NCBI GenBank assembly: GCA_023247725.1
Contig: JAHFFW010000005.1
Location: 25,804-89,803, forward strand
Reading direction: 5' to 3'
DNA length: 64,000 nt
Origin: Candidatus Omnitrophota bacterium
GTDB taxonomy: Bacteria; Omnitrophota; Gorgyraeia; Zapsychrales; JAHFFX01
Part shown: positions 37,530-48,290 of the stretch, in pieces
Numbering within the stretch: position 1 is the first letter of the stretch
How the letters are laid out: each line of letters begins with the position of its first letter
Notes under the pieces: model-generated
The model's database searches: none
Seen by the model: the letters and a program-made list of their open reading frames with translations, nothing else
What the model was told of the DNA's origin: nothing
Translations under genes and position numbers: made by a program

Positions 37530-38542
37530 TCATTGTTTTAAATAAGGATGCGACCGAGGCTCAAATTCAACACATCATTGAACGAACGGAAAAACTGGGC
37601 CTCAAGGCCCATATTTCCCGAGGGATGGAGAGGACCATCATCGGTTTTATCGGAGCGGAAGATGCCCTGAGAATGATTCCCCTCGAGGTTTTTCCTGGCG
37701 TCGAGAATGTGATGCCGGTCTTGGCCCCTTATAAATTGGTCTCTCGGGAATTCAAAAAGGATGATTCTTTAATCAAGCTCGATTCAAAGGCGACGATGGG
37801 CGGGAAAAAATTGGTCGTGATGGCCGGGCCCTGTTCCGTAGAAAACCACGACGGGCTTTTGTCGGTGGCGAAAAAGATCAAGGCGGCCGGGGCCAGCGTC
37901 CTGCGCGCCGGGGCTTTTAAACCCCGCACCTCCCCTTACGATTTTCAGGGTTTGGGAGAAGAGGGGTTAAAAATTCTTCACTCCGTGGGCAAAGAGATAG
38001 GACTGGCGACGATCACCGAGGTCATGGATCCGCGTCAGGTGGAATTGGTGGGCCGCTATGCGGATATCTTTCAGATCGGCGCCCGGAACATGCAGAATTT
38101 CAGTTTGCTTCGAGAGATTGGCCAGACGCGAAAGCCGGTTTTGCTCAAACGGGGTTTAAGTGCCACCATCAAGGATCTTTTGATGTCAGCGGAATATATC
38201 CTTTCGGAAGGGAATTTTGAGGTGATGTTATGTGAACGCGGTATCCGAACCTTTGAGACCGCGACCCGCAATACCTTAGATATTAATGCGATCGGCGTGG
38301 TCAAAAAGCTTTCGCATCTTCCTATTGTGGTTGATCCCAGCCACGGCACGGGTTCCTGGGGATTGGTGCCCAGTGGTGCCAGAGCGGCGGTCGCCGCCGG
38401 CTGCGACGGCATTATGGTGGAAGTGCACGATAACCCGGAAGAGGCCCTATCCGACGGAGCTCAGTCCCTGAAGCCCGATAAATTCGCCTCCTTAATGGAA
38501 GAATTGAAAGCGATCGCAAAAGCGATTGGTCGCGAAATTTAA
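37526..38542 (+). CDS. aroF: DAHP synthase (class I-beta, N-terminal regulatory domain)
   Basis: [33 protein letters not shown]. Confidence 0.95.
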   Translation: MIIVLNKDATEAQIQHIIERTEKLGLKAHISRGMERTIIGFIGAEDALRMIPLEVFPGVENVMPVLAPYKLVSREFKKDDSLIKLDSKATMGGKKLVVMAGPCSVENHDGLLSVAKKIKAAGASVLRAGAFKPRTSPYDFQGLGEEGLKILHSVGKEIGLATITEVMDPRQVELVGRYADIFQIGARNMQNFSLLREIGQTRKPVLLKRGLSATIKDLLMSAEYILSEGNFEVMLCERGIRTFETATRNTLDINAIGVVKKLSHLPIVVDPSHGTGSWGLVPSGARAAVAAGCDGIMVEVHDNPEEALSDGAQSLKPDKFASLMEELKAIAKAIGREI

Positions 38543-38554
38543 ATCAATGAAGTC

Positions 38555-39418
38555 ATGGCTGAAACGCCTTTCTTTAGAAAGATCACGGTTGTCGGAGTCG
38601 GTTTAATTGGCGGTTCCCTCGGGATGGCCATTAAACACCACCGCATGTCCCACGAGGTGGCGGGGATTTCCCAGCGCCACACCACCCTCGTTTATGCCCT
38701 GAAAAATAAGGCCATCGACCGTGCCTACCATGACATCCGCAAAGCCGTTTATAATTCCGATCTCATCATCTTGGCCACGCCGGTTAACACCATCATCAAT
38801 CTCTTGAAGCAGATTGGTCCGCATTTGAAGCGCGGTTCTATTGTCACCGATGTGGGCAGTACCAAATTGACCATTGTCGACACGGCGGAAAAACATCTTC
38901 CTCCGCACGTGTTCTTTGTCGGTTCGCATCCCTTATCGGGATCGGAGAAGCAGGGAGCCAGCTTTGCGAATCCAAACTTGTTTGAGAAATCTTTATGCCT
39001 TTTGACGCCTACGGAACGTAGCAACCGCATGGCGGTCGAGAAACTTCGGCAATTTTGGGCTCGCTTGGGTGCACAGGTGAAATTGATGACTCCCGGCGAG
39101 CATGATCGGATTCTTTCGTTCGTGAGTCATCTGCCGCACGTCGTGGCGTTCGCCTTGATTGGGGTGATCCCCCACCAATATTTGGAATTCGCCTCCACCG
39201 GACTTAAAGACACGACGAGGATCGCCTCAAGCGCTCCCCAGATGTGGAGCGATATCTGTCTGGCCAACTCCAAGAATATCATTCAGGCTTTGGACGAAAC
39301 CGTCAAGTCCCTTTCCCTCTATCGAAAGTTGATCATAGCCCGCGATGAGCAGAACCTCATGGAGAATTTCAAGAAAGCCAAAGCCAAACGCGATGGCGCC
39401 CTCGAGCCGGCCGAATAA
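38555..39418 (+). CDS. tyrA: Prephenate/arogenate dehydrogenase
   Basis: GVGLIGGS, DVGSTK, HPLSGSE, HD..SHLPH, TRIASS. Confidence 0.93.
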   Translation: MAETPFFRKITVVGVGLIGGSLGMAIKHHRMSHEVAGISQRHTTLVYALKNKAIDRAYHDIRKAVYNSDLIILATPVNTIINLLKQIGPHLKRGSIVTDVGSTKLTIVDTAEKHLPPHVFFVGSHPLSGSEKQGASFANPNLFEKSLCLLTPTERSNRMAVEKLRQFWARLGAQVKLMTPGEHDRILSFVSHLPHVVAFALIGVIPHQYLEFASTGLKDTTRIASSAPQMWSDICLANSKNIIQALDETVKSLSLYRKLIIARDEQNLMENFKKAKAKRDGALEPAE

Positions 39419-39422
39419 GCCC

Positions 39423-40109
39423 TTGGGAACAATTGTCATTGCCATCGACGGGCCGGCAGGGGCCGGTAAAAGCACGATCGCCAAGGCCTTGTCCAAACGT
39501 TTGCATTTTTCCTATCTGGATACGGGGGCCATGTATCGGGCTCTCACCCTAAAGGCCTTGCGGCAAAAGATTTCTCTGGGCAATGAGGCGGCCCTGGTGA
39601 CATTGGCCCAAGAAACAACCATTGACTTACGGACAGAGACTGATCAAGGGCTGCACATCTTTCTTGACGGTGAGGATGTCACGACCGCGATTCGTTCGCT
39701 GGAGGTGACGAATAATACGTTCTACATTGCGCGCGCGCCGCAAGTCCGCGCGATGATGGTGGAATGGCAAAGGGCGATCGGCTCTCGGCATAATATCGTG
39801 GTGGAGGGCCGGGATGTCGGGACCGTGGTTTTCCCTCAGGCCACTTATAAATTTTATCTCGATGCTGATTTTAAGGAACGTTCGCAGCGCCGCATCCTTG
39901 AATTAAAGGCTCAAAAAAAAGTTTTTGATGAGGACGTGTTAAAAAAGGAACTTCAAGAACGGGATCATAAGGATATGACTCGTTCCGTCGGGCCGCTCAA
40001 GCAGGCGGCGGATGCCGTCCGCATTGATTCCACGCATTTGACGATCGAGCAGGTCATTGAAAAAATCTGGCAGGTTGTGAAGAACCATGGACAAGCAGTT
40101 CATCCGTAA
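39423..40109 (+). CDS. cmk: Cytidylate kinase (TTG start inferred)
   Basis: IAIDGPAGAGKST, DTGAMYR, EGRDVGTVVFP. Confidence 0.95.
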   Translation: MGTIVIAIDGPAGAGKSTIAKALSKRLHFSYLDTGAMYRALTLKALRQKISLGNEAALVTLAQETTIDLRTETDQGLHIFLDGEDVTTAIRSLEVTNNTFYIARAPQVRAMMVEWQRAIGSRHNIVVEGRDVGTVVFPQATYKFYLDADFKERSQRRILELKAQKKVFDEDVLKKELQERDHKDMTRSVGPLKQAADAVRIDSTHLTIEQVIEKIWQVVKNHGQAVHP

Positions 40110-41877
40110 TTTTTCCATTATTGCCCATATTGACCACGGAAAATCCACCTTGGCCGATCGGTTCCTGCTTTTTACAGGAGCGATTGATGAGCGCAATTTT
40201 CAAAACCAGCTCCTGGATGATATGGACCTTGAACGCGAACGCGGGATTACGATCAAGGCCTCCGCCGTTAAGATCAATTATCGGGCTGACGATGGCCAGA
40301 TGTACGTCTTTAATCTGATTGATACCCCTGGCCATGTGGATTTTACTTATGAAGTGGAGAAATCCCTCAAGGCCTGCGAAGGCGCGCTTTTGGTCGTCGA
40401 TGTGACGCAGGGTGTGGAATCTCAGACGGTTGCCAACTACTTTCTGGCCATTGACAACAATCTGGAGATTCTGCCGGTCCTTAATAAAATCGATATTGCC
40501 AATATCGATATCGATCACGCCAAATTGCAGCTGATGGAGATTTTCAATTTTAAGGAAGAAGACATCTTGCTCGTTTCTGCGAAAGAGGGGATTGGAATCG
40601 AAGCGATCTTTGAAAAAATCATCCACTTTATTCCCTCCCCGGAAGGAGACGAACAGGCCCCTTTGCGAGCCCTTATCTTCGACATGAAATATGACATTTA
40701 CAAGGGCATCATCATTTACGTTCGACTCTTCGACGGGAATTTGTATCCCGGGCTTCCCATCAAGATGATGAATACGGGCAAGGAATTTACGATTGAAGAA
40801 GTCGGGGTGTTTTCTCCGGCGGCGGTCAAGGCCAAGGAATTGGGCTGCGGGGAGGTCGGTTACATCACCTGCAATGTCCATGATCCTCGGGAAGTTCGTT
40901 TTGGCGATACGGTCACTGACCGAAACCGTCCGGCGGCTGAGCCTTTGCCAGGCTATCGGCAACTCAAGCCATTAGTATTCTGCGGCGTTTATCCGATCAA
41001 TGCCAAGGATTTTATGGATTTGCGCGAGGCCATTGAGAAACTGCGTTTGAGCGATCCAAGCTTCGGCTATGAACTGGAAACCTCCCAATCCTTCGGCAAT
41101 GGATTCCGTTGCGGTTTCTTGGGGCTTTTGCATATGGAGGTTGTTCAGGAGCGATTACAACGCGAATACAACTTGAATCTCATTCTGACGACACCCAATG
41201 TCAGCTATCGCGTCATCACCAAAGACAATCAAACCCTGGACATCGAAGGGCCCAACGAACTGCCGGAGGGCGCTCAGATTGCCGGCATTGAGGAACCGTA
41301 TGTCACGATGTCGATTCTCACCCCGGTATCGGCGATGGACAGCGTCATGGAATTGGCCAAGAGCAAAAGAGGCGCCTACATCAAAAGCGATTATGTCTCT
41401 GACCGGATGCGAGTTGTTTTTGAGATGCCGCTTTCCGAGGTCATTGTGGATTTTAATGATCTGGTTAAATCCGCCACGCGGGGTTATGGATCGATCGATT
41501 ATGAATTCAAGGGATTTGTTCCCGCGCAGGTTTCCAAATTGGATATCTTGATCAATGATAAGATCTGCGACGCGTTTTCCTGTCTGGTCCATCGGGAGAG
41601 GGCTTACGAAAAAGGTTTGGCATTGGTGACAAAACTCAAGGATTTGATCCCGCAACAGTTGTTTGAAGTTCGGATTCAGGCCGCCTGCGATGGCCGGATC
41701 ATTTCCAGCGCCCGGGTTAAACCCGTCGGCAAAAATGTGACGGCCAAATGTTATGGTGGAGACATCACCCGCAAACGCAAGCTTTGGGAAAAGCAAAAAG
41801 AGGGCAAGAAAAAACTCAAACAGATCGGGAATGTGGAGATTCCCCAAGAGGCGTTCCTCGCCGTGCTTAAATTATGA
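40087..41877 (+). CDS. lepA: Elongation factor 4
   Basis: IRNFSIIAHIDHGKSTLADR, GFRCGFLGLLH, KCYGGDITRK. Confidence 0.98.
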   Translation: MDKQFIRNFSIIAHIDHGKSTLADRFLLFTGAIDERNFQNQLLDDMDLERERGITIKASAVKINYRADDGQMYVFNLIDTPGHVDFTYEVEKSLKACEGALLVVDVTQGVESQTVANYFLAIDNNLEILPVLNKIDIANIDIDHAKLQLMEIFNFKEEDILLVSAKEGIGIEAIFEKIIHFIPSPEGDEQAPLRALIFDMKYDIYKGIIIYVRLFDGNLYPGLPIKMMNTGKEFTIEEVGVFSPAAVKAKELGCGEVGYITCNVHDPREVRFGDTVTDRNRPAAEPLPGYRQLKPLVFCGVYPINAKDFMDLREAIEKLRLSDPSFGYELETSQSFGNGFRCGFLGLLHMEVVQERLQREYNLNLILTTPNVSYRVITKDNQTLDIEGPNELPEGAQIAGIEEPYVTMSILTPVSAMDSVMELAKSKRGAYIKSDYVSDRMRVVFEMPLSEVIVDFNDLVKSATRGYGSIDYEFKGFVPAQVSKLDILINDKICDAFSCLVHRERAYEKGLALVTKLKDLIPQQLFEVRIQAACDGRIISSARVKPVGKNVTAKCYGGDITRKRKLWEKQKEGKKKLKQIGNVEIPQEAFLAVLKL

Positions 41878-42836
41878 TAAGGCCATTGAAAGATTTTTGT
41901 CTTCTTCGTCCGCGGAATCTTTCCAAGATCACCTCACAACCCGAGGCCTTGTGGAAGAATCTCGTTCGCAGCGGTTATATCGACGGCGAGGGATCCCTTT
42001 TGCCGAAAGCCTGGGAAGTCGCGAAGGCCTCCCATTTATGGGGGGGCTTGCAAAAAATGGAATTCCTATCTCCCGATGGTACGATCCGCAGAAATTTAAA
42101 GGATTTGAAAGGCATGGATCCCCATCTTTGGATAGAGTTGTTGACCTACGGGTTTGTTGATGAAAATGGTGGTCCGTCGGAAAAGTTTCCGGACTTACGG
42201 CAGTCGCAGGATCTTGGGCTCGACAAAAATTTTAGGCCGCAAAAGGCAGAAATCATTAGGATTTTACGAATCGTCCATTTAAGGCTCATGGTTTTCGAAT
42301 GGATTGAATCAGCCATCATTGCCGTTATCCTGGCGCTCATCATTCAAACGCTCGTCATCCAGGCTTTTAGAATCCCGAGCGGTTCCATGCGAATGACGCT
42401 TCTGGAAGGTGATCGGATCTTAGTGAGCAAATTCCGTTACGGTCCGAAGATACCATTCAGCCGTTGGCGGCTGCCGGGAATTTCCCAGCCTAAAAGGGGG
42501 GATGTGGTTGTTTTTATCAATCCCGAGGATCGCAAGCGCGCGTTTATCAAACGTCTCATCGCCGTCGGCGGAGAAACCGTGGAAATTAAGGATGGCAGAA
42601 TTTATATCAATAACAAACCCATCCTGGATGGGCCCATCGTCAATATCTATTACTATAACCAAGATAAATATGGCCATGGCCAAATCAAGGTTCCGCCGGG
42701 AAATCTTTTTGTTTTGGGTGATAACAGCGGCTCCAGCCGCGACAGCCGTTTTTTTGGGTTTGTTCCCTATGAATTGCTCGTTGGAAAGGCCGAACTCATT
42801 TATTGGCCTTTGGACCGGCTCCGGATTATCAAATAA
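41874..42836 (+). CDS. lepB: Signal peptidase I with long N-terminal extension
   Basis: IPSGSM, GDRILV, FIKR, GDN..SRDSRFFG; follows lepA with ATGA overlap. Confidence 0.93.
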   Translation: MIRPLKDFCLLRPRNLSKITSQPEALWKNLVRSGYIDGEGSLLPKAWEVAKASHLWGGLQKMEFLSPDGTIRRNLKDLKGMDPHLWIELLTYGFVDENGGPSEKFPDLRQSQDLGLDKNFRPQKAEIIRILRIVHLRLMVFEWIESAIIAVILALIIQTLVIQAFRIPSGSMRMTLLEGDRILVSKFRYGPKIPFSRWRLPGISQPKRGDVVVFINPEDRKRAFIKRLIAVGGETVEIKDGRIYINNKPILDGPIVNIYYYNQDKYGHGQIKVPPGNLFVLGDNSGSSRDSRFFGFVPYELLVGKAELIYWPLDRLRIIK

Positions 42837-42841
42837 ATATT

Positions 42842-43219
42842 ATGCACCGAAACAGTTTTTTGATTCTTCAAATTGGATTTTTGGCGGCGATGGTTTGCTT
42901 TAATGGTTGCCTTGCTCATCAACAAATCCGACCGCAAGGAGTTCTAAAGCAGAGAGAAGATCTGCCTCAGCAAAGAAAAGATTTGGAATCTGTTGCCAGC
43001 GCCATGAGCGGCCATGAGGTGAATCAACAAGATTTAAAGAAGGTGGTGCAAGATCTCAAAAACGATAAAGACTCCCGTAGCGCCGTCGAATCCGTGAGCA
43101 ATTCCTTAGGCGGTCAGGGATTGGACGTGAAGTACTGTCCGGTCAATGGAAAACGTTTCAGCGCCCGATTGAAACTCTGCCCTCAACACAACGTTCCGCT
43201 TTTGCCTGTCGAAAATTAG
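42842..43219 (+). CDS. Hypothetical lipoprotein with C-terminal metal-binding motif
   Basis: Lipobox-like FNGC; YCP..GKRF....CP.H. Confidence 0.7.
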   Translation: MHRNSFLILQIGFLAAMVCFNGCLAHQQIRPQGVLKQREDLPQQRKDLESVASAMSGHEVNQQDLKKVVQDLKNDKDSRSAVESVSNSLGGQGLDVKYCPVNGKRFSARLKLCPQHNVPLLPVEN

Positions 43220-43226
43220 TTCCCCT

Positions 43227-43784
43227 ATGGCCTTGACCTTTGCAAACAAAGTCACGGTTGGCCGGATCCTGATTGTTCCGTTTTTTATTGCGACCTTGTT
43301 ATATTCTCCGGAGCGAACGTACCTGAGGCATGTGGCCTTAGGAATTTTTTTGCTGGCAATGATCTCGGACGTGATCGACGGTTATATCGCCAGAGAACGC
43401 AAGCAAAAAACCCGAGCCGGAGCTATTCTGGATCCTTTGGCCGACAAACTGCTGTTGATGAGCGCCTTTTTATGTCTTTATAAGATCGGCGATCTTTTTC
43501 TGCGGGTGCGTTTTCCCATGTGGTTGGTCGTGGCCGTCATCAGCCGCGACGCCATTCTTTTGGTGGGATCGATGATCATCTATCTTTTTCAAGGAAAACT
43601 GGATATCCAGCCGACCATTTGGGGCAAGGCTACCACGTTTTGCCAGGTGATGTCGATCCTGGGAATCTTTTTTCAGTGGAATTTTTCCGTCTACATTTGG
43701 TCTGTAACGATCGTTTTGGCCACGATCTCCGCCGTTGATTATATCCGTAACGGGATCAAAGTTCTCAATGACCATGCTGGTTAA
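43227..43784 (+). CDS. pgsA: CDP-alcohol phosphatidyltransferase (PgsA-like)
   Basis: DVIDGYIAR..GAILDPLADK. Confidence 0.85.
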   Translation: MALTFANKVTVGRILIVPFFIATLLYSPERTYLRHVALGIFLLAMISDVIDGYIARERKQKTRAGAILDPLADKLLLMSAFLCLYKIGDLFLRVRFPMWLVVAVISRDAILLVGSMIIYLFQGKLDIQPTIWGKATTFCQVMSILGIFFQWNFSVYIWSVTIVLATISAVDYIRNGIKVLNDHAG

Positions 43785-44409
43785 ATTTTTCTTTACCTTA
43801 TTGATGAGTTATTTGATTGGGTCAATCCCGACGGCGTACTGGTTTGGAAAATACCTGAAGGGCCTTGATATCCGCCAGCACGGTTCCGGCAATGTGGGAG
43901 CGACCAATGCCTTCCGGGTTTTAGGAAAAGGCCTAGGAACACTTGTCCTTTTGATCGATATCCTCAAAGGAATTATTACCACAGCGCTCGTAGCGGATGG
44001 TTTTGGGTTGACCGAGGTTGACCAACGGATTATTTTAGGAATTGTCACCGTTATCGGACACAACTGGACCATCTTTCTTCGATTCAAAGGCGGCAAGGGC
44101 ATTGCGACAAGCCTGGGTGTTTTATTGGGATTGATGGTTCGAATTAAAGGGCTTCGCCTGGCGGTGGGGCTTACCCTAAGCACCTGGATTGTCACCTTTT
44201 TGGTTACCGGAATTGTCTCTCTGGCATCGCTGGTTGCTGCTATGGCTCTTCCTATCCTCATGGTGGTCACCCGTCAGCATTTGGAATTGGTCATTCTTGG
44301 TGTCGTCCTATGTGTTTTTGTTATTTATCGACACCGCCCGAATCTCAAGCGCCTGATGGATGGGACCGAATCCAGGGTTTCTCTATCTTACCGACGGAAA
44401 TCCGTATAA
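43774..44409 (+). CDS. plsY: Glycerol-3-phosphate acyltransferase PlsY
   Basis: GSIP, GSGNVGATN, FKGGKGIAT, HRPN. Confidence 0.95.
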   Translation: MLVKFFFTLLMSYLIGSIPTAYWFGKYLKGLDIRQHGSGNVGATNAFRVLGKGLGTLVLLIDILKGIITTALVADGFGLTEVDQRIILGIVTVIGHNWTIFLRFKGGKGIATSLGVLLGLMVRIKGLRLAVGLTLSTWIVTFLVTGIVSLASLVAAMALPILMVVTRQHLELVILGVVLCVFVIYRHRPNLKRLMDGTESRVSLSYRRKSV

Positions 44410-44564
44410 TTCCCTCTTCCAGTTTGAATCTCTAAAAAGCCTTCCAAGCTCTCGAATTGGCGAAAACGCTTTCTTTTTTTGTCTGCCCTCACCTTGTCTC
44501 ATCTTCCTGGAATGTTATACTTCGGACGTTAAAGCTCTTCCTTAAAGAAAGAAGGTTTTGAAAG

Positions 44565-44915
44565 ATGCGTAAAATTCTTTATCGCCGAAGTACGTCTTTG
44601 CATAACCGAACCAAAGCGATTTCGGTGGCGGAGACCTCCGAAGACAAAGAGTGCAAGACCCTCGTCAAAAAAACTTTTGTTTATCTCGTTTCCCCAAACG
44701 TAGAGGTCCAAGCACCATCTTCCCAGCCGGAAATTCATATCAAGAAATCTTATGATACGAAAACCAAAGAAGAAAAATTTGGTTTTAAAGTCAAAGGGCT
44801 TTTTTATCTAACCCGGAATCAAATTTTTTATCGCGTCAATTTCTGCCATTCATTGAACATCCATATCACCTGGAAACCGAAAGTCATTTCCTCAAAGTCA
44901 GTCACCCTGACGTGA
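44565..44915 (+). CDS. Hypothetical basic protein
   Basis: ATG with AAGG RBS; own promoter-like TATACT upstream and terminator downstream. Confidence 0.65.
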   Translation: MRKILYRRSTSLHNRTKAISVAETSEDKECKTLVKKTFVYLVSPNVEVQAPSSQPEIHIKKSYDTKTKEEKFGFKVKGLFYLTRNQIFYRVNFCHSLNIHITWKPKVISSKSVTLT

Positions 44916-44945
44916 TGAAGGGCCTTGTGAGTGTGGGCACAAGGG

Positions 44946-44987
44946 AAAATGAGCGCAATGGGTAGAGCCATTGCGCTCATTTTTTTC
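44946..44987 (+). terminator. Rho-independent terminator
   Basis: AAAATGAGCGCAATGG / CCATTGCGCTCATTTT stem followed by a T run. Confidence 0.8.
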
Positions 44988-45197
44988 ATTCGCTACTTTC
45001 ACCATTAAGCAAAAGACCTTGCCTATGGTTCTAATTTCTTGTAAAACTAATACTATTCTTCTACGCAAAAGCAATAGGAATGTTGCTTTTGTCCGCCTTC
45101 GTTCCATTGCTTTCGCTCAAATGCTTTCGCGTTTGAGCTACGAAGGAACGGTCCTTCGAAGACCCAACGTAAAAACATTGGGGCGAAGAAGACCGAA

Positions 45198-45217
45198 GCC
45201 CCGCCCACGGCGGGGCG
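45198..45217. repeat. REP-like 20-mer; exact reverse-complement copy at 51259-51278
   Basis: GCCCCGCCCACGGCGGGGCG vs CGCCCCGCCGTGGGCGGGGC. Confidence 0.75.
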
Positions 45218-45277
45218 AAGCAGAATAGCCTCGAGTTGTACAAGACACGGTTCTAGAAAATTCAAGTCTTAAACCAC

Positions 45278-46030
45278 ATGGCTTTACAAATTACCTTACT
45301 TTTACGCCATAGAAGTTTTCGCGGGTGGTTTAAAGCCACCCTGAGAAAAATCTCTTTATGGGGTTTACTCGGTGTTTGGCTGATCACGGGATGCTCGACG
45401 GTCTCGGTTCCACGATCTCGGGTAAAAAAAGCTCCTGTTCAGACTCCTCCCTCGGCTTTGTCGAAACCGATTCGAAAGGAACCAGCGCCCGCTCCCGCCG
45501 AAACGACCGTCAAACCGCCAACCCAGCCGGCCACGGCGGTTGTATTTGGGAAAACCGATTTCAAGGGCGTTTTAAAAACCAATTATGTTGAGCTCGCCTT
45601 TGTGAATCTCTCCGATGAAGAACAGAAATATTATCTTTATATTGGCGAGCAGTTAGGTCCCAATGTGCTGGCTCTCAACAAAAAGCAAGTCGAACCCGGA
45701 TACTTCTTTCTGAATTTGCCAGTGGGCGATTACCGGATCACTTCCATTTCGATCCCGGTTGGCTCAACGCAGGCGAAGGAAGAAACCCGTCTCACGTTTC
45801 GTTGCACCGCGGGGAAAATCACTTATATTGGAACTTTGGAGGTCAATGGTGTGGGTGAGAAGATCAAATTCGGCGGAATTCCTTTGATCATGCCGGGCTT
45901 TGATTATGAGCTGAATGTTTTGGATGAGCGCCAGGAGGCCTTCCAAGTTTTTCATAAAAAATACCCTTTACGTGAGCAGAAGATTAGTGTTGAATTGATG
46001 CAAGATGAAAGTCCAAAGACTTTTCGATGA
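45278..46030 (+). CDS. Hypothetical lipoprotein
   Basis: LITGC lipobox, Pro-rich linker, beta-rich domain (LPVGDYRI, ITYIGTL). Confidence 0.75.
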   Translation: MALQITLLLRHRSFRGWFKATLRKISLWGLLGVWLITGCSTVSVPRSRVKKAPVQTPPSALSKPIRKEPAPAPAETTVKPPTQPATAVVFGKTDFKGVLKTNYVELAFVNLSDEEQKYYLYIGEQLGPNVLALNKKQVEPGYFFLNLPVGDYRITSISIPVGSTQAKEETRLTFRCTAGKITYIGTLEVNGVGEKIKFGGIPLIMPGFDYELNVLDERQEAFQVFHKKYPLREQKISVELMQDESPKTFR

Positions 46031-48218
46031 TGACTAAGGTTTTCTTTAAGAGGTTTCCCGCCCCGTCGTCAATCCATTCCATGAATCTCTTGAACCGGCT
46101 GTGGTGGCCAGCGCTTTTGCTTTTAGTTTTTTCCCAGACCAGTCCAGCGGACAGCGAAACGATACATGCTGCCCATACTCAGTTGACGCTCATTTCTGAA
46201 GATTTAAGTCTTCAAGCCGGCAGCCAGCAGTGGTTAGGCCTGCGGATGCAAATGGATCCCCAATGGCATGTGTACTGGAAGAATCCTGGCGATTCGGGCT
46301 TGCCGCCAACAATCAAATGGGAGTTGCCATCGTTCCTAGAGGCTGGCCCCATTGAATGGCCTTCCCCGCAAAAAATTTCCCAGCCGCCTTTGATGAGCTA
46401 CGGATACGAGAATGACCTCTTTTTGCTTATTCCGATCAATGTCTCGGCTTCAATTCCAGCGGATAGCCCAGCCATGATAAAGGCCAACGTAGACTGGTTG
46501 GCCTGTCAAGTTCAATGCATTCCAGGAAAGGCCGAACTTTCCCTTCAACTTCCAGTGAAAAATTCCATTCCCGTTAAGAATTCTCCGGCTGAAGAGTTGT
46601 TTGCGGCCAATCGCCAAAAATTACCGCAAAAGGCCGTCGGGTGGCAAATCGCAGCTGAGGATGACGGCCGAGAAGTTCAATTAAAACTTGTTCCTCCCCA
46701 AAACCAACAAGAACAGAAGGAATACTACTTCTTCCCCGAACGGTCGGATCTCTTTGAGCATGCGCAGGAGCAGACACTCAAAAAAACTGGGAAAGGAGAT
46801 ATTTTAAGCCTGCCGCGCTCATCGTTGGTGACCGGAACCATTCAAGAAGTCTCGGGAGTCCTAGTATATAGAGAAGAAAGCCAGGGCCATGGGTTAGAGA
46901 AGGCCATTGCGTTAACCGTTCCGGTAAAAACACCGGTTGCTCAGAAATCTCAGATGAGGGTATTGTACCCTTTCGGTTTGACCCATGCCCTCATTTTTGC
47001 GTTTTTGGGCGGGCTCATCTTGAACCTCATGCCCTGTGTCTTTCCGGTTTTATCCATTAAAATCCTCAGCCTGATTGAGCAGGCAAAAAAACAGGGGACT
47101 CCTGGTTGGAGTCATGGATTTTTTTTACGGGCGGGGTCATCGTTTCATTCTGGGTGCTGGATATCGGGTTACTCATCCTTAAAGCGGCTGGCCGTCAGGT
47201 GGGATGGGGATTTCAATTTCAATCCCCGGTCTTCGTCGTGCTCATGGCTTGTTTGTTTTTCGTGATAGGGTTGAATTTATTTGGGGTTTTTGAATTGGGC
47301 AGCCTTTGGAGAAAATCGAGCAATTCCCGTTCGTCCGGAAACTGGGGGTCTTTTTCCAGCGGGGTTTTGGCCACGATTGTTGCCACGCCGTGCACGGCCC
47401 CCTTTATGGGATCGGCCCTGGGTTTTGCGGTGGCGCAACCGGCTGCCGTATCCTTTATGATTTTCACCAGTCTGGGATTGGGGATGGCCAGTCCTTATCT
47501 GGTGTTAACGCGGTTTCCCCGCCTGTTGCGATTGGTCCCTAAACCCGGTCCCTGGATGATGATTCTTAAACAGTTCTTGGGCTTTTTCCTGATGGCCACC
47601 GTAATTTGGTTAACCTGGGTGTTGGGAATCGACCAAGGTGCCCAGGCCGTGGCCATTTTACTTGTCGGTCTGCTCATTTTGGGAATCGCCGTTTGGATCT
47701 ATGGAGTGGGAAGCGGGGGACTTGCTTCGCGGAAATTTTGGGTCACAATGGTGTCTGTCGTTCTTTTCGGCATTGGTCTGAAAATTGGATTGGGGGCCGC
47801 TGAGGTTGGATCAGTTCCTGGAAAACACGCGAGACCTTTGATGGCCTGGCAAACCTTTTCTCGGGAAAAGGCGAAGGTTCTTTTAAAAAGCGGCCACCCG
47901 GTTTTTATCGATTTTACGGCGAAGTGGTGTCTCACCTGCCAGGTGAATGAACGGATAGCGTTGGAAAATCCTCGGGTGATTGAGCGATTTAACGATTTAG
48001 AGATCGTTGCCTTGAAGGCCGATTGGACCAATTATGATGAAGAGATTGCTTTGGCCCTTAAGGAATATGGAAAAAACAGCATTCCCTTATATGTTTTTCA
48101 CTTGCCCGGAGAAGATCAGCCCCGATTTTTGCCGGAATTGCTGACTCCCGACATCGTGCATGGAGCCTTGAACGATATTGAGGCAAAGATCGACGGAAAA
48201 AGGAACAGGGCCCTCTAA
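46027..48218 (+). pseudogene. dsbD: Thiol:disulfide interchange protein DsbD, split by a frameshift in a T8 tract (47119-47126)
   Basis: WHVYWKNPGDSG, C...C, LNLMPCVFPV | ATPCTAPF, DFTAKWCLTC; T9 would restore one ORF. Confidence 0.85.
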
Positions 48219-48290
48219 AAATCTGCTTGAATATTGAAAGTTTGTCGCTATACTACTGACCAACGCATAAGTGGCAAAAGGAGAAATCGT

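Noticed and set aside
44971-45228. 85-aa ORF in the hairpin cluster
   Set aside because: It starts inside a terminator, has no RBS, and is encoded by palindromic repeats.
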